Shown here one piece after another: positions 55,001-61,000 of a stretch of 64,000 bases of DNA. The notes beneath the pieces are model-generated. The model searched no databases. It worked only from the letters and a program-made list of their open reading frames with translations, and was not told the DNA's origin. Made by a program: the position numbers and the translations under genes. This DNA is from Vicugna vicugna. Its lineage: Eukaryota. Each line of letters starts with the position of its first letter. Position 1 is the first letter of the stretch. The stretch spans positions 1,624,419-1,688,418 of the forward strand of contig MU058198.1 of assembly GCA_013265495.1 (NCBI GenBank), written 5' to 3'.

Positions 55001-58000
55001 AATGACCAACTCCCTGAGCTGGAGTGACATGAAGGATGCCACAGAAGCAAAATATTCCTCAATGTTATAAGAGGAGTCATATTCGCTCTTGGGAGCAAAA
55101 CAGACCCAGTGCTCCTTCCGTGAGACAAAAAGCTGGGCACAGGTGGGGATCCATCTGTAAAGACAGCACGGTATCCAAGTAAGAATCTCTTCAAGCTCCA
55201 AGAAGTCATCTTAGCCATTCCCCACTCTCCACAACAAGACAGATGGCTCCTTTCCCGCTAAGCAGCTTTGCAAGTTGGTACTTTCATATCCTGGGCCACC
55301 TCACCTGCCAAATTTCTAATTCCCAGTGGGAACCACTGGCCTTTGCATCCTACCACGTCTCTTTTCTGGTTGCTAGGAAAGTTCTACTCTATCAGAGAAG
55401 TACTAGCAGTAGCCACAGTGGTAATAATTACATTTAATAGGTGCTATGTGCCAGCTATTGCACAATCATTTCGTAGGTATTAGCATCAACATGTCACTTA
55501 AGGGGATTTTTCTGGCTCTGGACATCGTCCTGCAGGCATTTGCAAAGGAGAGAGGACTTGTTTAAGTGACTGAAAACTCCCATAGTTGGAAACTTGCAGG
55601 TGTTTATCTGGGCCACCTGAACACAAGTCATTCAAATGCACTGTCCTGTAACCTAGCAGGGCCGAAAGGATTCCAGAGGGAATGGAAGTGATACTCTCAA
55701 CATGGAATGGTAATGAGCGAGCTTCAGAAGGCAGAGGAAGACTAGGAGTGAGGGTCGAAGAGCAGTGGACATGAGGAGAGGGTGGCTGTCGGGGATGGGA
55801 ACACAGCAGGGAGAGGACAGAGGAAGATGTCAGTGAGAAGTCAGCAATACTTGTGCAACCTCCAGGCTGGGTACTAGTTTTCCCTTCAGAGAGTTTTTGG
55901 TCTTTATGACACCATGATGCAGCCCCATGCTGAAGCAGACACTGACTTGCTGAGGAGAATCTGGCGCGCTTCCCTGCAGTGTTTCTGGATGACATTCTGA
56001 TACTCGTGAGGCAGCAGAGGTAATTTTCCCGCCAGTAATTCTGCTGTTCGGACAAACCGGAGGTCTCTAAATCTGCCGAAAGAGAGGGGAGAACTTTCTT
56101 AGCTGAGAAGATGCTTAATAACAAATTCTGCAGGAGGGGTTCAAAGGAAACAAATACTTTCATTTTTCAGTGAGAAGAGATTTAGACAGATTAATTATAT
56201 CTGAAAACCCTGGGAGTCTGAGAACAGAGTGGATAGTCCATGAGAACTCGTGCACGGAGTGAATAAACCAGAAGGTGTCACTGAGCAGGTGTTACTGAGC
56301 CTTCCTATGTGTCCTGCTCCAGGTAACCCGTCTGGGGAGTGGAGTTTTGACACTGACTTGGTATTTAGCTGGCTGGGAACTGGGATACCAGATGGACAAA
56401 TCAAAGTTCTTTCCAACACTGAAGACACAGAGGACAGGGTAAGCAAAGCACCACCCTGATGCTCAAGTGGGTTCCACTCGATACTCAGTGTGGCCCCTGG
56501 GGGAGCTACTCAAGACAACTTGGAGAAGTGCTTTGGTCTGAACCAAAAAAACACAAAAGACCTACCCCCACGGCTGGCAGGCTCCCCAGGACGCCCACAG
56601 CATCCCTTGGCACAGTGCCTTGTACAGTGCAAGCACTCAATAAATACCTGTTAAATGAACCACGAACCTCTTTCTGCCCTCTCCACTGATGTTCTTACCT
56701 TCTCTTGTCTCTCTCAGATTAATGGAGGTGCTGCCCATAAAGGTAAACACACTCCCCAAGGCCCTTTTTAGCTTCAGGGCCACCACTTCTCTTCCTGACA
56801 CCAATTCCATTCATTTATAAATCACCCTTTCAGATCATCAGTGCCTATCACTTCCCAAACTAGATCTTTGCTCACTTTTTTAGCTTGTCTCAGCTCTGGC
56901 TCCTCATTTTCATCGCCCTCTGTAATGACCCACAGACATGTTCCCTCATCCTCCTGAAATCCCATAGTCTGCATTTCTATTCCTTTTTGGTGGGGGGAGC
57001 GAACTTAGTCTTCTTCTTGTCTGACCAGTCACAAAGCCCTTGCTAGGGAAGGACAGGAGGTGAGGACCTCACCCTCCACACACGTTTGATACCCAGCTTT
57101 GGCACAGCCCTTGTCACCATCCCATAATTATGTTACTTCAGTTCAATCCTAACAAACTTCCCACGTTGGGCAGAAAAAAATCTGCTCTTTCTTCATACCA
57201 CAACCCTCATTCTGGCCCCTAAACTCCTCACCCTTCACTGTTCACTAAGTAACCTCTTAAAATGTTTAAAGCTAAATAGTGAAGACCACATAAGAAAATT
57301 GTTCTGTAGTATTTCCTTAACAAATCTTTCTCATTGCTGACTTTTTGGTTCAGCTGACAAAAACCTTCTAAATGATTCTGGTTCACTTTTGTGCCTTTGT
57401 TGCCTACATAAGCTTCTTCAGGGAACCATGAAAAGCAAGTAGTAAGAATACCTCTTTTACTAGAAGCTATACGTTCAATAATTTGTCATCTTCACTATCT
57501 GATCAAATTAAATTCATTTGCATCTCCTCTTTAGCACCGAACTTCTGGCAATTTTACCAGCCCCGTGGCTGACATTCTTGTTAATTTCTAAGTTAACCCT
57601 TTTTTTTTTGAGGCCATAAATATGCTTGTAGTTAAAGCAGTGCCTTCATTTGTTGAACAACTACTGTATGCGAAGCACTGTTCTAAGCACTTCACCCAAA
57701 AACCCCATGGGGGAAGTAGTTATTATTCACATTTTGCATGCAAAGAAACAGGGGTCTAGAGAGATTAGCTTCCCCCAAATTACAGAATTCATCACGAACA
57801 GAGCAGGAACCAGGCCTTAGGCAGTCTAGTTCCAGGGCTCATTCTGTAAGTTATTACTCTATACACTTCTGCCTCATCAGGAAAAATTTTTTTCCAGTGT
57901 CCTAAATAGCACCTTCAATGCCTTAGAAAACTGAATTCAGTTCAAAGAAGGGAGTGTGCTTATTTCTTATCATGGGTGGGCTCTTCCTACGTGGAACTAA

Positions 58001-61000
58001 AAGGGCGAAAAACAAGTCAGTTATCCAAGTGACAAGGCTCCCCTAAGACTAAACACATTCAACAGAGATCCTCCCCAAACAAAATATTTGAGTTGCTGAT
58101 TGAGTTCAACCAATCAAGTTACATAAACATATTTGCCTCTAATTTTTCTAATAAAAAAACCTAGATAATGGCAGCTTATCATTTAATTAGCCTGACCTTT
58201 TGATGAACTCTGGTGGCCTCATTCTCCCACTAGGATTTGCATCCCTTCTTGAAGGGCTCATAAAAAAATCAATCTTTCTTCCCAGAGCAACTGATGGATA
58301 AACAAACCATGGTATAGCCATACAATGGAATATTATACAGCCATAAAGGGAGTGAAGTACTGATACATGCTTCAATATGGATGAGCCTTGAAGATATTAT
58401 GCCAAGTGAGCAGTCAGACACAAAAGGCCATGTATTGTATGATTCAATTTATATGAAATATCCAGAATAGGTAAATCCGTAGAGATAGAAAGCAGATTAA
58501 TGTTGCCAGGGACTGAGCAGAAGGGATACAGGGTAGTGGCTGGAAGGGGAAAGAGGGAGTGATTGCTAGTGGGTACAGGGTTTCTTCTAGGTATGATGAA
58601 AATATTTCCAGTATTTTCAGGAGGGTTACACAAATTTCTAAGTATACTCAAAATTATTGCCTTGTACACTTTAAAAGGGTAAGTTTTAAGATATGTGAAT
58701 AACATCTAAATGTAGAAAAATGAAAGAGAGAAAAAAAAAGTGACTCCTGCCTTCTCTGCACTTCCACAGTATTTGTGGCCAGTTTAGTCATGGCTGAATG
58801 TAACTGAGCCTACTGCTTGCCAACCCTGTGCTGGCACTGAGTTACTTAAAGGAACAAGACTCGAGCCCCCATACATTTCATTTCTTAGGCTAGAGAGAGA
58901 GAAACTAGTAAACACGCAATTATAATGCAGTGGGATACATGTCATCATGGAGGTGTAAGCAATACCTACTGGATACCTACACCGAGCCCTGTTCGAAGCA
59001 CTCTGCACGTATTATTTAACCCTCCTACTAACCCTAGAAAGTAGGAACTCTTAGGAGCCCAAAATTAGAGAGAAAGATGTTACCTATGAAGCAGTAGAGT
59101 TAGAAGTTAAGCTTGAGCGGGCTAGCTCTAAGCAAGTCCTCCTAACCAGTAAGTTCCAGTGCCTACAGACAGGCACTGGGTGCTGTGGGAGCACAAAGGA
59201 GGGCCACTGAGCCCTGTACAGAGAGCTGTCACTTAACAGCACATGTGCACTTCTGGTCTAGGATTTTTTGTCATTTTACCTCAAGCACAAGGCTTCTCCC
59301 ACATAAGATGCTCTCTTACGTGTGGAAGCAATAAAGAAAGAGAAAGAAAAGGGACAGGGGGCACTTCTTACTCTGCAAACCACAGTTCCTTCAGGCTGAG
59401 TATCATGGGGTTCACTGTGTACAGGTGCTCCTCGTTCCACTTCTTGGCACTCCTGTAGACGCTGTGCCAGGGCACAGGGGCCCGGATCACCCTTTGTGGG
59501 AACGTGCGGGGAATGCTCTCGATGAAGAGTCTTTTCCTCTCCGTTGGGTCCATGAGGATGTAATCAACTATAACCAGCAGGGCAAACGCTTGTTATTAAG
59601 CAGGGACTTTGAACACTCTGTGCTCTTAGCCTCAACGCTTACAAGGTAAATGAGCTTCTGTCCACTTACACTTGGAAATGCTCCCTCATTTATAAGGTCA
59701 TCGGTAATCCTTGGGGTATAACTAAATTGGGTAGGCTGCACTCTGTTGGTATGAGAGATATTTCAGGGGGGAAGAGGAATATAACTGCACAGTCTTGAGC
59801 ACTTAGAATCTGGAGTTGAGTCCTGTTAGGATATCCAGCATCATGCATGTCAATGAACCAGTATTTGCTGAGACCATGTTAGTCATTAATTTATTTCTCA
59901 TACCAAAGAAGTTACTTAAAAAAAATAAACACAATGGATGGCACCAGATACCTATGAGTGGAAATTTAGAGGCCAAATATTTCACAAGCTAAGGCAAAAG
60001 CCCTACAGAGAAAGTAACGTTTAAGCTGGGCCATAAAGAATGAGCAGGATTTTGTTAGGATAAGAAGTGCAGTTCCAGGTCCTTTGCATCACAGGCTCAA
60101 GAAGCTGTGAGCCATCCTGCGGCAGGAGTATCAGGTACTAGTGATAGAGTTCAAGGTGATAAGACTGGAGAAGTAGGTTGAGGCTGAAATTTGAAGGACT
60201 TTATTTATTTATCCTTATAAGTTTGGTTTTAGCCTACAGTAGATAAGGAGCCACTGCACTGACACCATTAGAAGGCTAATTAGGAAAATTTTTTTTTAAA
60301 GGACCTACTGTGTGCACAACACGTGGGGCTAAGGATGAAGGGGAGCAAGGATCAATGATACGTTGGCTAACACCTAATACGGGAACTGAGACTCATGAGA
60401 AATAGTGCCAGCGTTCAAAACCGGTAGGGAAATAATGGCACCAGAGAAGTTCCAAAGTGGGATGAGTTCAAAGTAGAAACAAGAAGTGCTATGAATGAAG
60501 AGTATGGAGTGATCACTGAGGGTTGCAGACATCAAAATATTAGAGGGAAGAGGCGGTCCTGAGCTAGATTTTTAAATGTGAGTAGGTCCCTGCTATTTAC
60601 AGCCTTGCCACAGGATGAGTAGCACCTGCATCACTTGGGAGCTTGTTAGAAGTGCAGGATCTTGGGTCTTTCCCCAAGTCTACTGAACCATATCTGCATT
60701 TTCACAAGATCCTCAGATTATGTAGATGCCCCTTAAAGTGTGGGAAGTACCGGTGTGGGCATGAGTGGTGGTGTTGGGGAGCATTTGAAGGAAAAGTTAA
60801 GCTACATTTTTGGCATCTTCAGAGGAACCAGGGTGGAGGACTGACAGTGAGAGGAAGGGAGGGGCCCTCCACCTAGGAACCCCTGCCCCATTCACGCCCA
60901 GCCTTACCGATGCTTTTCATGAGGCTGCTGTAATAGTCATTTTCCTTCTCCTCCACAAGGCCGGTCATCAGGGGTTCCAGGAGGGGACTTGTCAGCAGTG

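Noticed and set aside
55498..56163. 221-aa minus-strand ORF overlapping W5
   Set aside because: Different frame from the true exon, low-complexity S/L-rich, no recognisable homology.
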